From NCBI GenBank assembly GCA_951406725.2, contig OX597826.1, positions 73,470,001-73,534,000 on the forward strand: 64,000 bases of DNA, read 5' to 3'. This document shows, one piece after another, positions 41,712 to 55,262 of this stretch; the first letter of the stretch is position 1, and every line of letters starts with the position of its first letter. This DNA comes from Octopus vulgaris (taxonomy: Eukaryota). The notes under the pieces are model-generated. The model saw nothing but the letters and a program-made list of their open reading frames with translations. It did not search any database and had not been told where the DNA came from. Position numbers and translations under genes: made by a program.

Positions 41712-42105
41712 ACTGGCTTCGAATTTTAGCACAGTGCCAGCAATTTCAGGGGAGTGGTTCGTCAATTACTTTAACTCCAGTGTTCCATTGGTACTTATTT
41801 TATCGATTCCGAAAGGTTGACAGACACAGTTGAAAGGAATTTGGACTCTGAACGTAAAGACGGACGAAATACCTGTTTCTTTACTACCTACAAGGGGCTA
41901 AACACAGAGAGGACAAACAAGGACTGACAAACGGATTAAGTCGATTATATCGACCCCCAGTGCGTAACTGGTACTTATTTAATCGTCCCCGAAAGGATGA
42001 AAGGCAAAGTTAAACCTCGGCGGAATTTGAACTCAGAACGTAAAGACGGACGAAATACCGGTAAGCATTTTGTCCGGCGTGCTAACGATTCTGCCAGCTC
42101 TCCGA
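41712..42105 (-). mobile_element. SINE B dimer
   Basis: Same head + unit + unit architecture as the 33499 copy. Confidence 0.85.
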
Positions 42106-43229
42106 CTGAAATATAATAATAATGACAATCCAAATAAGCAAAAGAATGGTAATAATATATACTAATTAATCTGTATTGAGATTTTGACATATTTTCTTCG
42201 AATTGCAGTCAATTGTGTCTTGTTTCGAAAAATGAATCTGGCACCGTTTGATGGATTTGGGTAGATATTATGTTAGTGTAACTGAGCACAAGCGTTGAAA
42301 AACAGGAATTCTACGCAGAAAGTAAATTCTTTTAATTACGATAGGAGATATATATACATAAATGTGTGCGTTGGTTCTTTTGCCAGAAGGTGTTCTCGCG
42401 TATGTGTCTAAGTGTGTGTGTGTTTATGTATGTTTATGTACGCGTATCAGTGGGTGGAGAAGATGTAGCTGATTATCCGTGGAACGAGCAGTCTTCTCTG
42501 CCAATGCTTCGACTGTCAAGAGTAAATGTTCTTCTAAGAAAAATAAATAAAAAGGAAAGTAAAGGTATTCTGGCGTGAGCTCTACTCGTGATGAAAGATT
42601 GCATAAGTTATGATGCGATACTTAAAAGCTAAGTTTTGAGAACAGGTTTCATTCTTAGCCGAGGTATTTCGTTTCATATTTGCTTAAACGTCGCGACTTT
42701 TGAGCTGAGAAAATGTCTTGGAAAAATAATGACCAACCTCCAAGAAGAGTGCCGATACTATTTGTAGTGGTCACGACTAGATAAGTTATGGTAGTGTTGA
42801 GATATTCGTGTATAAAACGATGTATAGGGTATTCAAAAAGTTTCTCCGCAGTAATTATTGCCAAATAAATATTTATAAAATTATATAAGACTACAAAAGA
42901 ATATGTTATACTTTACAAGACTTTAAAAAACTTTATAAGAGGTGTTGAAAGGGTCGTCCTTGCTTTTCAATACATAAGTTGACTCTTCTACACATGTTTT
43001 GAAATACATCTCGGTGAGTCTGACTCTTATAGAGTCAGGATGAAAAAAATTCACTGCAGAGAGACTGTTTGAACAACCTATATAAATCTATAGGTGTATA
43101 TACATGTGTGTATTTATGTAAATATGTGTGTATTTATTTGTGTGTATATATATATGTTACTATGTATTTGCCTATGTATATTTTTGTTTATGTGCATTTG
43201 TGATTAATTATTTACGTGTAAACATGTGT

Positions 43230-43566
43230 AGGGCGTAAGTATGACCGAGTTAGGTTCAGGTCACAATCATGAGATCCCGGTTTCGATCTTATTACGCGGC
43301 ATCATTTTACTATAGCCTCAGGTGTATCAAAGCTTTGTGAGTGAAACTAGGTAAATGGCGGGTAAATTTTACCTGTAATTCAAAGCTTAAGCATTGTGGC
43401 ACATTATGATATCTGATACTGCTTGATAATTTATGTTAAGGGTACACATATTTATAGAATACTCTGCGACCGACACATTTAGTTCATGAGTTGGAGGTTC
43501 TGGGGTGGATCGAGCTTCTAGGGTGGATGGTTTGACGATTTCATCGTCGGCGATCCAACAAATATA

Positions 43567-43615
<49 letters not shown>

Positions 43616-43850
43616 GTGTGTGTTATAGACTAACGCTGGCCACTGCCTTGTGAGCGGATTTTGTAAACGAAGTCTACGGGGAATCCCATCCTCTGTGTGT
43701 GTGTGGAGGGTTGTGTTTGCTTCCGTCCCCCGTAACGTAACAGTTCGGCAAAAGAAACCGATAGAATAAGTACTAGGCTTTAGAAGAATAACCCTTTAAG
43801 GCGGTGCTCCAGCATAGCTGCAGTCAAATGAATGAAACATGTGAAAGAAT
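43230..43850 (+). mobile_element. Old SINE A remnants with another repeat (43385-43560) between them
   Basis: Degenerate head at 43230-43360; tail at 43640-43850 (gttcggcaaaagaaaccgatagaataagtactagg). Confidence 0.65.
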
Positions 43851-43868
43851 ATGTGTGTGTATATACAG

Positions 43869-43929
<61 letters not shown>

Positions 43930-44116
43930 TACACACACACATATATCTGTGCGTGTATATATATATATATATATGTTTGTGTGTATGTATATGTGTATAT
44001 ATATATGTGTGTTTGTGTGTGTGTGTGTGTGTGTGTTTGTGTGTGTGTTAAATAATAAGGTACTAAAAGCGAATGGCTCTCCCCAGACACAATAGACTAT
44101 GCTTCAACACACACAT

Positions 44117-44150
<34 letters not shown>

Positions 44151-44734
44151 CTGCCACAATCTACTAAACTCTATTATTTAGTAACATTTGTTAAATTGTT
44201 TTTAACTTTTTCTCTGCAGTTTTGCTTTATATTTCGACTACGTTCCATCTCCAATGGGTGATAGAAAGTTTATCTGAAAAAGGTTTCAGTCAGTTGCTAT
44301 TGTTAAGGCCATAACTTAATTGTCTTACCTAGTGCTACATTAATAATATTACATTGCTGCTTTTGCCCTTGGAATCCCGTATTCCAATTGCCTGATATTA
44401 CGCAGATGTATTCTTCAGCAATAACAAACCGTTGGTTCCACGTCCGACTGTCTAGGCTGGTTACATTAGTTCAACAACAATAAAATAGTATATATACAAA
44501 CATACGTATATACATAAAAAAAACATACACACACATATACACATACATACACATACACGCAGGTGCAAATGCACGGAAACTTGCAAACACACACACACAC
44601 GCACACACACACACACACACAAGTATATACATGACACTGTCTGGGTATTTCTGAAATTACATTTCTGCACTTTCAGAATTACTACAAGAATGAGCAAACA
44701 AAGTAAAAAATTTTAAAAACACTCGTATTATTAT

Positions 44735-44779
<45 letters not shown>

Positions 44780-44807
44780 TATCATCATCATCATCATCAT
44801 CTTCTTC

Positions 44808-44841
<34 letters not shown>

Positions 44842-44845
44842 CCAC

Positions 44846-44982
<137 letters not shown>

Positions 44983-45312
44983 GACAATAAGAAGAATAGA
45001 AGTAAAAAGGATTAGAAGATGAAAAAGCAGAAGCTATTTCTCCACTTCAAAGTAATTTGGCAAAGAATGCCAGAGGAAAGTTCTTAAAATAGAATCTATA
45101 AAAGACTTCAGCATTGTTAGTTTCACTCTGCGAAATAAGACCATCATGTGTCGTACACCAGTTGCGAAATGTAGAATTTTGAGGAATTTTCCATCTGTCT
45201 GTAATATATATATATACATAGAAAACGTAGTCGAGTCGTATAGATCGATAAGACAAGCTTCTAGCTAATTGGGATCATAAAGAACTTTAAAACCAAGTGA
45301 TTACACTTAAAG

Positions 45313-45619
45313 CAGAAGTTCTCAACTATTTTTTTATCTATGGACTCCTTGGATTACTATCCACCCATCACGGCCATTCGATGTTTAAAAATTAATTTTA
45401 TAGAAACTTCTTTCAAAATTCCTGTTTTTTCTTCCACACATTGTGTTGGTTAAAATGTTAGAGAATGAAACCCAGCTGTTTCTTGCAATACATACCAATA
45501 CATACATCTAAAGCAAAACTTTTTCAGGGGCCCTTAAATTACTATTGTGGATCCCCAGTTTACTATTTTGTTGTGTAGATCTCCAAAAATCTTATATGGA
45601 CCCCGGTTGAGAAACACTG
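45313..45619. mobile_element. hAT-type MITE, 307 bp
   Basis: TIRs CAGAAGTTCTCAAC and GTTGAGAAACACTG; 8-bp TSD ACTTAAAG / ACTTGAAG. Confidence 0.85.
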
Positions 45620-45851
45620 ACTTGAAGCCTTAATATACATTTTTTTGAACGTCATACGGCATTATTCTGTTCTCTCCTTCTATAAATCTAAGGATTGGTG
45701 TCTAAGTTACGACATCTCTCATTATGAACAACATCGTAATTTGTGCAGTGTTTTTTATGTACTTGTTACGATATCCAGTTACTGACTGACTAATTGTTAT
45801 TGTATCTTGAGATGCATCACTAGAACTACGAAGCGTTTTCGTTTACATTCG

Positions 45852-46170
45852 CAGTCTCAGACATTAGGAAACATGCCACTAACATGACACAACCTCAGCT
45901 TTATACACTGGGGCACATACCACAAGAATCAAACATCTCTCCGGCCTCAAATATTGGGTTACAATATCCCTGACGCAAACACCAGCCCAGTCACACACGT
46001 CGAGTTACATTCCCCAGACACTAACGCTAGTCCAGCCTCAAACATTGGAGCACATACCACAAGGGCAAACACCAGACCAGTCTCTCACAACATTGGGCTT
46101 CATGATCCTAGACACAAACACCAACCCCTATTTCAAACATTGGGTAACATGCCACAGGTAAACACTCCTC
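45852..46170 (+). repeat. Degenerate ~45-bp tandem repeat, ~7 units
   Basis: Unit like cagcctcaaacattggagcacataccacaagggcaaacaccagac; units vary ~42-49 bp. Confidence 0.8.
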
Positions 46171-46399
46171 TTGGTATCTGGATATCTTCAAAGCGGAGTT
46201 TCGAGTGTTCAAGATCATACGGTGAATACATCGACCAACAAAGTATGTCTCTTGTATGTTTACCATAGATATGTCCAACACAGAAAATTGATACTGAAAA
46301 ATACAAAGAAGCAGACAAAGGTCAACATCAGGACAATGCAGTTCCATACATTTGGCATTATGGTCTCTTTGTTAGATTGGTTAATCTACGTTACTCTTT

Positions 46400-46626
46400 C
46401 AGAAGCATAGTGCCGGTCTTCCGGTTTCTCTGATGTGTATTTTTGCCCCCTGGATGGGACACCGGTCCGTCGCAGGATTACTCCTTTTTGCCAGCTGGGT
46501 GTGGACTGGAGAAACGTGAAATGGAGTGTTTTGTTCTAGAACACAACGCATCGCCCGGTCCAGGAATCGAAACCACACTCTTACGATCATGACCCTAACA
46601 CCCTAACCACTAAGCCATGCACCTCC
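46400..46626 (-). mobile_element. SINE family C
   Basis: Reverse complement of the 18895 copy. Confidence 0.88.
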
Positions 46627-46845
46627 AAATGCTCTCTTACTTATATTTTTTTATTGAGCTAATTTATTTCTATATATATTTAGCCTGAAGTAAAATGGGA
46701 AAAAAGAACCATGATTGTTTACGAATCTAAGGTAGACAGGAATGATTCATTGTTTATTTGATATAAGACAGAAGTGAAGATCGCCTGGCTGTTTATTTAG
46801 TCTAACGAATAGAGGAAAGATCTGTAGTTGTTTATTTATCTAAGG

Positions 46846-47223
46846 CTGTGGTTCTCAACCTGGGTCCATATGGCTCTTGGAGGTCTATATACGATTTTTT
46901 TTTGTCAAAATTTATGAGCAATAAACTACTTCAGCTTCGACAATACACCAAATGTTTTAACAATGTTTTTTATACAAATTCAAATAATATTTAACACTGA
47001 AAATACACTCTTTCGCTCTTTTACTTGTTTCAGTCATCTGACTGTGGTCATGCTGGAGAACCGCCTTTAGTCGAGCAAATCGACCCCAGGACTTATTCTT
47101 TGTAAGCCTAGTACTTATTCTATCGGTCTCTTTTTGCCGAACCGCTAAGTTACGGGGACGTAAACACACCAGCATCGGTTGTCAAGCGATGTTGGGGGGA
47201 CAAACACAGACACACAAACATAC

Positions 47224-47271
<48 letters not shown>

Positions 47272-47562
47272 GAGGGGTTTCTTTCAGTTTCCGTCTATAA
47301 AATCCACTCACAAGGCTTTGGTCGGCCCGAGGCTATAGCAGAAGACACTTGTCCAAGGTGCCACGCAGTGGGACTGAACCTGAAACCATGTGGTTAGTAA
47401 GCAAGCTACTTACCACACAGCCACTCCTACGCCTAAATATATGATTTTTTAAAATTTTATATACATATATGATTTTTTTTAAACATCGAATGACTCGGAG
47501 GGTTCCTCCGAATAAAAGAGGAATCAAAAGGCCCATAGGTAAGGGATGGCTGAGAACCACAG
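46846..47562. mobile_element. hAT-type MITE hosting a SINE A
   Basis: TIRs CTGTGGTTCTCAACC and GGCTGAGAACCACAG; perfect 8-bp TSD ATCTAAGG at 46838-46845 and 47563-47570. Confidence 0.9.
47007..47434 (-). mobile_element. SINE family A, full length
   Basis: Reverse complement of the 32126 copy. Confidence 0.93.
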
Positions 47563-47579
47563 ATCTAAGGTGAACACGA

Positions 47580-47915
47580 AGGATCGATACAGGCCTTTAC
47601 AAATTAGTGAAGTTGGTGTGTGGTTGACTTTTAACTGGAATTCCTTTTGAAGGATAAGGAGAAGTTTCTGGCGAAAGAAGAACTGGGCGAAGTATTTTGT
47701 CAGAGGCTGAGATATTATAAAGATGGTAAGATAGCAAGGTTGTCGCATCAGACGGTAGGCAGTTTACTAGCGTAGAAGAGCAGGAGCTGATGTAGTGGCT
47801 GCAGAAGAGGAAACAAGAAGGGACACAGCAGGTATATGGGGGGGGTCTATGGTTGTAGTATGTCAGTGTCAGTCAGAGAATTCTTGCTACTCGGTCAGAT
47901 GATCTTTAGATGAAG
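47580..47915 (-). pseudogene. Old CR1/Jockey-group LINE ORF2 C-terminal relic
   Basis: Minus-strand fragments LTDILQP, PAVSLL, FLFCSHYISSCSS and TKYFAQFFFR resemble the L.pL.hRR.v.sL.lFyrYy.g.Cs...T..y..SFFpR C-terminus; many disruptions. Confidence 0.45.
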
Positions 47916-47929
47916 TCTAAAATGTTTGT

Positions 47930-47976
<47 letters not shown>

Positions 47977-48567
47977 TGTTGTTGTTGTTGTTGTTGTGGT
48001 GCTGGTGCTACTGGTGGTGGTGGTGGTTGTAGTAGTGTTGATCGTGATTGTAGCCATCGTGGTGGGGATGAGGTGGAAGTGGTAGTAGTGATGATGGTGA
48101 TGGTTTCAGTAGTATTAGTAGTAGTGGTAGTACTGGTGGTGGTGGTAGTAGTAGTAGTAGTAGTTACAGGTGAAGTAGTGGTTGTCGTCCTCGCGTATGT
48201 AAAATGCGTTCGACTATGGCGGCGCGGCTCACACTGAACTTGTCTCTCGCAACAAGGTCAGTTGGCACAATCTGATCAGAAATATCATTTTTTTTTTCTT
48301 TTTGTTTTTTGTTTTTGGTCTTAAAGATGAGTCTTTGGCTTAGAACTACATAGCACCAACCATGTAATAATGACTCATTGATTCCTGTGTATACGTGTGT
48401 GTCTGTTTGCGTGTGCGTGTGTCTATGTGTGTGTGTGCCTGTTTCTATGAAACCTATCTGCATGCATACGTTTGTCGGTGAACACGACTGTATGTTGGTG
48501 ACTGTGTAGGCGTTTGTGACTAGGAATATGTACATACGCAGTTACACAGACACATACACACACATAC

Positions 48568-48608
<41 letters not shown>

Positions 48609-48738
48609 GCTGACACATCTATACCGTAGACAGTCTCATGCACACAGACACCGTTTCTGGCACCAAAAGTGTTGCTGAATACCAGATGCAGTTGTCTTTG
48701 GTAGAAAGATGTTCGGCTTACAGTAAACGGCAATCGAT

Positions 48739-48798
<60 letters not shown>

Positions 48799-49609
48799 AG
48801 AGAGGCTTACTTTCTCCATCCCTGTCTCTCCTTTTCTCTCTCTGTCTCTCTCTCTCTTTCTCTTTCTCTCCCTCTCTTTCTCTTCCTCTCTTTCCCTCTC
48901 TCTCTCACACACACACGTACGCTTACGCACACGCCCTCACACACTCACACACATGCCTCTGCACATTCACCCATACACTCTCACGCACACACACACACAC
49001 GCACACAATCACATCCTCACACACGCACACACATACATACACAGGCACACACGCACGAAATCATGCATACACACACACAACCACACATCCACACAAACAT
49101 ACACATCCTCAAACACACACATACACAGACACACACACACGCGCGCACACAGACATATATATATTTGCGTGTGTGATTGTGTGTGTGTGTGTGTCTGTGT
49201 CTGTGTATATAGACACATACACACACATACACGTACAGATACACACACATCGTTTATGAAGAGTGACTGCTGCACCTACCTCGTCGTCATCGTGGCCGTC
49301 GCTGCCATTGCCGCCGCCGCCATTGCCACCGTCGTCGTCGTCAGTACCTCTGCAGCGCAGCATCCGCTGCAGTAGTCGTTGCAGCAGCAGCACCATCAGC
49401 TGCCGCTGCAACAACTGACAGCTGATATTACATAGTTGAAGAATTAATACACTTGTCCTAAATATGTTGCTGCACCCTCCCTACTTCCCCTCCGCCCCGC
49501 CCCCCACCCACCTCTGCACATCAACATAGCAAAGTTATTTTTTGGGCGTTTCTATGACAACGAATTCTATCAGATTTATTTGTTGCTGTTGCTGTTGATC
49601 CTTCCGATG

Positions 49610-50110
49610 ATGATGATGATGATGATAATGATTGCAGTAGTGTTGGCGATGGTGGTGGTTGTGGTGGTGGTGGTTTTGGTGATGGTTGTGGTGGTGGTGG
49701 TAGTGGTGGTGGTGGTTGTGGTGGTGGTGGTGGTGGTGGTTGTGGTGGTGGTGGTGGTTTTGGTGATGGTTGTGGTGGTGGTGGTAGTGGTGGTGGTGGT
49801 GGTTGTGGTGGTGGTGGTGGTGGTGGTGGTGGTTTTGGTGATGGTTGTGGTGGTGGTGGTAGTGGTGGTGGTGGTAATGGTGGTGGTGGTGGTGGTGGTT
49901 GTGGTTGTGGTGGTGGTGGTGCTGGTTTTGGTGGTGGTGGTGCTGGTGCTGGTGGTGATGGTGGTGGTGGTGGTTATGGTGGTGGTGTTGTGTCTATTGT
50001 TGATGTTTTTTTTCTTATTGTTGCTATTTCTGTTGTTGTTGTTGTTGTGGTGGTGGTGGTCGTTGCTATAGTAATGAACCCGTTGTTGTTGTTGTTGTTG
50101 TTGTTGCTGC
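49610..50110. repeat. (GGT)n/(GTT)n compound array with an internal ~80-bp re-duplication
   Basis: ggttttggtgatggttgtgg recurs three times. Confidence 0.9.
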
Positions 50111-50413
50111 TGTTCTTGTTACGGGAGTGGTTTGGTAGAAAATGGTACAAATTCACTGCCTATTCTCCGTCATTTATCCCTTTTACGATACGAGTTCAGA
50201 TCTCAAATAAACCCTCACGGGACCGATAAACATACACACACAGACAGACACATTTATAGATGAATATATACATGTATAAATCCTTAAAAATGTTTTAGCC
50301 CGCGGCCATGCTGTATATATACTTCTAGTTTACTGTTCCGTTATAAACACGATCAACAAAAAGTATTTCAACCAGTGAGTAGCTTAAAACGGAACGGTGT
50401 ATATATACATATA

Positions 50414-50414
50414 T

Positions 50415-50447
<33 letters not shown>

Positions 50448-50518
50448 AAGATAATAGATAAATAGATAGATAGAAAGATAGAGAGAGAGAGAGATAATAG
50501 ATAAATAGATAGATAGAC

Positions 50519-50564
<46 letters not shown>

Positions 50565-50585
50565 TAGATAAATAGATAGATAGAA

Positions 50586-50616
<31 letters not shown>

Positions 50617-50826
50617 TAATAGATAAATAGATAGATAGAAAGATAGAGAGAGAGAGAGATAATAGATAAATAGATAGATAGACAGATAGATAGATAGATA
50701 TATATATAGAGAGAGAGATAATAGATAAATAGATAGATAGAAAGATAGATAGAGAGAGAGAGAGAGAGAGATAATAGATAAATAGATAGATAGAAAGATA
50801 GATAGAGAGAGAGAGATAATAGATAA

Positions 50827-50864
<38 letters not shown>

Positions 50865-50942
50865 TAGATAAATAGATAGATTAATTGATTGATTGATTGA
50901 TAGACAAACAAACATACATACATACATACATACATACATACA

Positions 50943-50973
<31 letters not shown>

Positions 50974-50975
50974 GT
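50414..50975. repeat. Higher-order array of (GA)n-GATAATAGATAAATAGATAGATAG units, then (TACA)n
   Basis: The gataatagataaatag spacer recurs about 8 times. Confidence 0.9.
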
Positions 50976-51064
50976 ATGTACGTACGCACTTGTTTGCTTG
51001 CGTATGGCTTTCCATCGAATATGATAATGACTATCTTAGCTTTCCACTCTCGTTCCTTTAATGA

Positions 51065-51790
51065 TTGCACTTCTTAAAGAGCAATCACAGCGTGGCTGTC
51101 ATCAACTACGTGCAAGAAAATGGCGGTACTTCATCAACACAGACTCGCGTGATATATTGACCACCGTAGCAACGAACATCTTCAAACTGAGCTTCAAAGT
51201 CCGGGATCCACATTACAGGAATTAATCCTTGTGCAATGGAGCGTTACTGTGACGTCAAATGAGAGTATTTCCCAGTATTTCTGTCTCCGCTAGGAAGGAG
51301 ATAGATCAAGGGGAAACACTGACATAAAACCGATTAGATAAATTCTTCTATCCACTAAAGGCTGCCACGAGCCAAGTCTATTGAAAACCGCTTGAACTTG
51401 ACACCCACCACATCCCTAAATTGTTTTTCTCTCGGGAGGTATCCCCTTAACCTTTGTTTTGGAATTCACCTACATAGCAGGAGAATAGTGCAAACTGGTT
51501 GTCCCCCATCACGGTTAAGGGTCCCTATCACGGCTAAGGAGTTCTTTCTATCCCCCACCAAGACAGCTATTCTAGCAAGAACTAGAACTCCATAACTCCC
51601 AGGCGATCTCAGAACGCTCTTGTTTCACCTGTTGAGTACTTTTGTGTCCCCCGTGTGCTGTTGTTCAGCCAGTCGTTGACACTATACTGGATCCATCTGT
51701 CTTCTGTTTTTGAACAGATTTCTTTTCTGTCCTGCTGGGTTTCTGGCAACTCTCCTCATCAAGCAAACCAGTTTAGTTGCCGTTGATTCG
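51065..51790 (+). pseudogene. Probable decayed DIRS1-like retrotransposon pol (RNase H plus MT-like domain)
   Basis: Colinear fragments over three frames: SNHSVAVINYVQENGGTSS (cf. DN..AVAYINxxGGTxS), LTTVATNIFKL..GIHIT, NRLDKFFYP, CKLVVP...PPRQL, LLFSQ...LSCWVSGN. Confidence 0.55.
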
Positions 51791-52074
51791 ACCGCGTAGC
51801 AGGTTGTTCTAGTTTACATATTACCAGCACCACCAGATCAACCGCACACAAACACGTGTATATGTATATTTATGCACACAAACACGTGTATATGTATATT
51901 TATGCATATACACACATCGCACACATCGCACACACACACACACACACATACTTCATATTCAAATACCTGTACGTACACACAAAAAATATATTTACACGTA
52001 CACACACTAAGAAACATATGTTTAAAACGTACGCACATACACACGCACCTACATTTATGTACATAAAAATATGA

Positions 52075-52110
<36 letters not shown>

Positions 52111-52387
52111 AAAAAGAGGAAGAAATGAGATAAAAGTATATATAGTACAGAAAATATGTGTAGACATGAATAATGCAGTCTTCCTGATACGTGTGGACCT
52201 CCAACTGAGGCCAGTCAAGGAACCTTGCACATTCCGCATCACATTTACCACCAACTGCACACGCATTCGTTCAAATGATGGTCGCCCAAATACAGGCGCA
52301 TGCTTAGAGTAATTCCATTCATCCTAACCATTCTTTCCACATTCAGCCACCTCTTGACAAATTCGCTAGGGGAGAGCACTTCTCACT

Positions 52388-52790
52388 CTGTCGTCGCCGT
52401 CGTCATCGCGTATCGGACGCCTGCAGCGCATTGATTACACAACAACGGAAGTCTTCCCGATCAAGCGCCAGTTCTCCATATGCCTTGCCACTCTTGGCCA
52501 ACCAGTCCATGATATTGTCCACGCATGGCTTTCTTTGCCTGTCTCTTGATCTACTACCTTCTCCTCTTCCTTCCATGATAATGCTTTCCAAACCTTGCTT
52601 TCTTTGGATATGACCATAATAGATGAGCTTTTGTTCTTTATCAATGTTCAGAAGTTGTCGCCTTTCACTTATTTGTTGCAACATCCTTTTATTTGCCGAC
52701 AGTCCTTATAAGAGACTCGTAACATTCTCCTATAAACCCACGTTCCAAACGCAAACTGTTCTCTTCATGCTTTGCAACTATAAATTCCTA
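52388..52790 (-). pseudogene. RTE-clade LINE 3' fragment
   Basis: Minus strand: LYSCKA, AFGTWVYRRMLRVSYKD, frameshift, then LLNIDKEQKLIYYGHIQRKQGLESIIMEGRGEGSRSRDRQRKPCVDNIMDW...LALDREDFR. This is the typical RTE C-terminus; (GAC)n-like tail. Confidence 0.85.
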
Positions 52791-52814
52791 TTTGCCGTCT
52801 GCACCCTTCATAAT

Positions 52815-53258
52815 AGTTTCAAATTTTTGAACAAGGCCAGAAAGTTCCGGGAAAGGGTTAAGTCAGTTACATCGACCCCAGTGCGTAACTGGTACTTATT
52901 TAATCGACCCTGGAAGGATGACAGGCAAAGTCGAACTCGATGGAATTTGAAGCCAGAACATAAAGACGGACGAAATACCGCTAAGCGTTTTGCCCAGCAT
53001 GCTAACGATTCTACCCGCTTGCCGTCTTATCCACCCTTAATAATCCTTTCTCCAATAGACACAAGACCCAAATTGTTGGGGGAAGAGAGAGTCGATTATA
53101 TCGACCCCAGTGCATGACTGTTACTTATTTTATCGATCCCAAAAAGATGAAAGGTAAAGTCAACCTCGGCTAAACCTGAACTCTGAACGTAAAGACGGAC
53201 GAAATACCGTTAATCATTTTTCCCGGCATGTTAACGACTCTACCCGCTCGCCACCCTT
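52815..53258 (-). mobile_element. Two tandem SINE B copies
   Basis: 52815-53030 and 53045-53258, each running from body to head. Confidence 0.85.
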
Positions 53259-53813
53259 AATAATACCAAAAGAATCGATGCATTAGACTGTACGTAACAT
53301 AAAAGACTCCGCTAGAATCCATAAAAGATTACAGTACCCCACGGATCTCAACTACTGATAGCAATACACTTGTACGGTACATGGCACCAACCCTGGAAAG
53401 AAATTCTACAGCATATACGTCTAGCTCTGCTAGAAATAGGGAACCAACACTAACCCTTAAGACACTACACTACACCACATAACTCAACTACAGCTATAGA
53501 GCCAACGGTATATATCACGTGCACACTTGCACACACGCACACAAACACATACACACACAAACACACATGCAAACATGAGCATAGACAAACACACATACAG
53601 AAACGCGCACACACACATACATACTCAAAGCACATACACTCACACGCACAATCACACATGCACACTCATACAAACACATGCACAAACACACACACACATA
53701 CACACACAAAGCACATACACTCACACACATACAGACACACATGCACATACACACACACAAGCACATACACTCACACACACAAACACACGTGCACACTCAT
53801 ACAGACACATGCA

Positions 53814-53852
<39 letters not shown>

Positions 53853-54175
53853 GTGCACACAAACACACACACATACATACATACACAAGCAAACAGAAGA
53901 ACTTCCAACCTTGAAATCATTATTATTTTTGTTTGTTTGTCTTCTGGAATGTTCCACAGAAGCCACGAACCAAATATTGATGGAATTTCGAGGATTTTGA
54001 CTGCAATCATTTTTATTTAATTCAGTTTCTAAAAATATCTTCCTTCTTTTTAGATTTTTACATTTTCAGATTTCCTCTTTTAGATTTTTTCCATACATTT
54101 TTATATTTTTATATTTCAAACGAATCCAATTTTAATAATCCTTAAGAAAAAGAACAAAAATTTTAATGATAAAAA

Positions 54176-54274
54176 TTACTGCTACTACTACTACTACTAT
54201 TATTATTATCATCATCATCATCATTATTATCATCATCATCATTATTATCATCATCATCATTATTATTATTATCA

Positions 54275-54341
<67 letters not shown>

Positions 54342-54475
54342 CATTATTATTATTATTATTATTATCATTATTATTATTGTTATTATTATTATTATTACTA
54401 TTACTATTATTATTATTATTATTATCATCATCATTATTATTATTATTGTTATTATTATTATCATTATTATTATTA

Positions 54476-54506
<31 letters not shown>

Positions 54507-54523
54507 CATTATTATTATTATTA

Positions 54524-54573
<50 letters not shown>

Positions 54574-54612
54574 TTTGTTATCATTGCTGCTGTTGTTGTT
54601 GTTGCTGTTGCT
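54176..54612. repeat. (ATT/ATC)n trinucleotide array
   Basis: Direct reading. Confidence 0.95.
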
Positions 54613-54866
54613 ACTTCTGTCGTTCTTTGGTGGTTGTGGTGGTGGGGTGTGGTGCGGTGCGGTGCCACTGCTGCTGCCGCTGCTTTTGTTACTATGAACG
54701 GTCGCAATTCACAAAGCTCCTCCACATAGAAGATGTATTCTTCAAAAATTCCTTCACGTAAAACAAAAACAAAGAATGTCTTTTTCGTAAGAAAGGGCTT
54801 CGAAATACTTAAACCTCCATCCCCATTACTTCGAGTGGAAGTGAAGGGTCATCTAAACATTGATTT

Positions 54867-54984
<118 letters not shown>

Positions 54985-55067
54985 ATGTGTGTATATATAT
55001 ACATACATACGTAAATATATATATACACATATATGTATGTATGCATATGTATTTAGATGAGTGTATG

Positions 55068-55098
<31 letters not shown>

Positions 55099-55199
55099 TG
55101 TGATAGTTGTAGATATATATATATGTATATAGATGTATATATATGTATGTGTGTGTGCAAATATGTGTGTATATATATACATACATACGTAAATAAATA

Positions 55200-55262
<63 letters not shown>

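Noticed and set aside
49256-49375. Hydrophobic micropeptide MKSDCCTYLVVIVAVAAIAAAAIATVVVV
   Set aside because: The hydrophobic run derives from GCC/GTC triplet repeats; no other support.
51110-51260. Promoter cluster (AAAATGGCGG, GTAGCAAC, TGACGTCA)
   Set aside because: It falls inside the probable DIRS relic and there is no downstream exon; co-option is not excluded.
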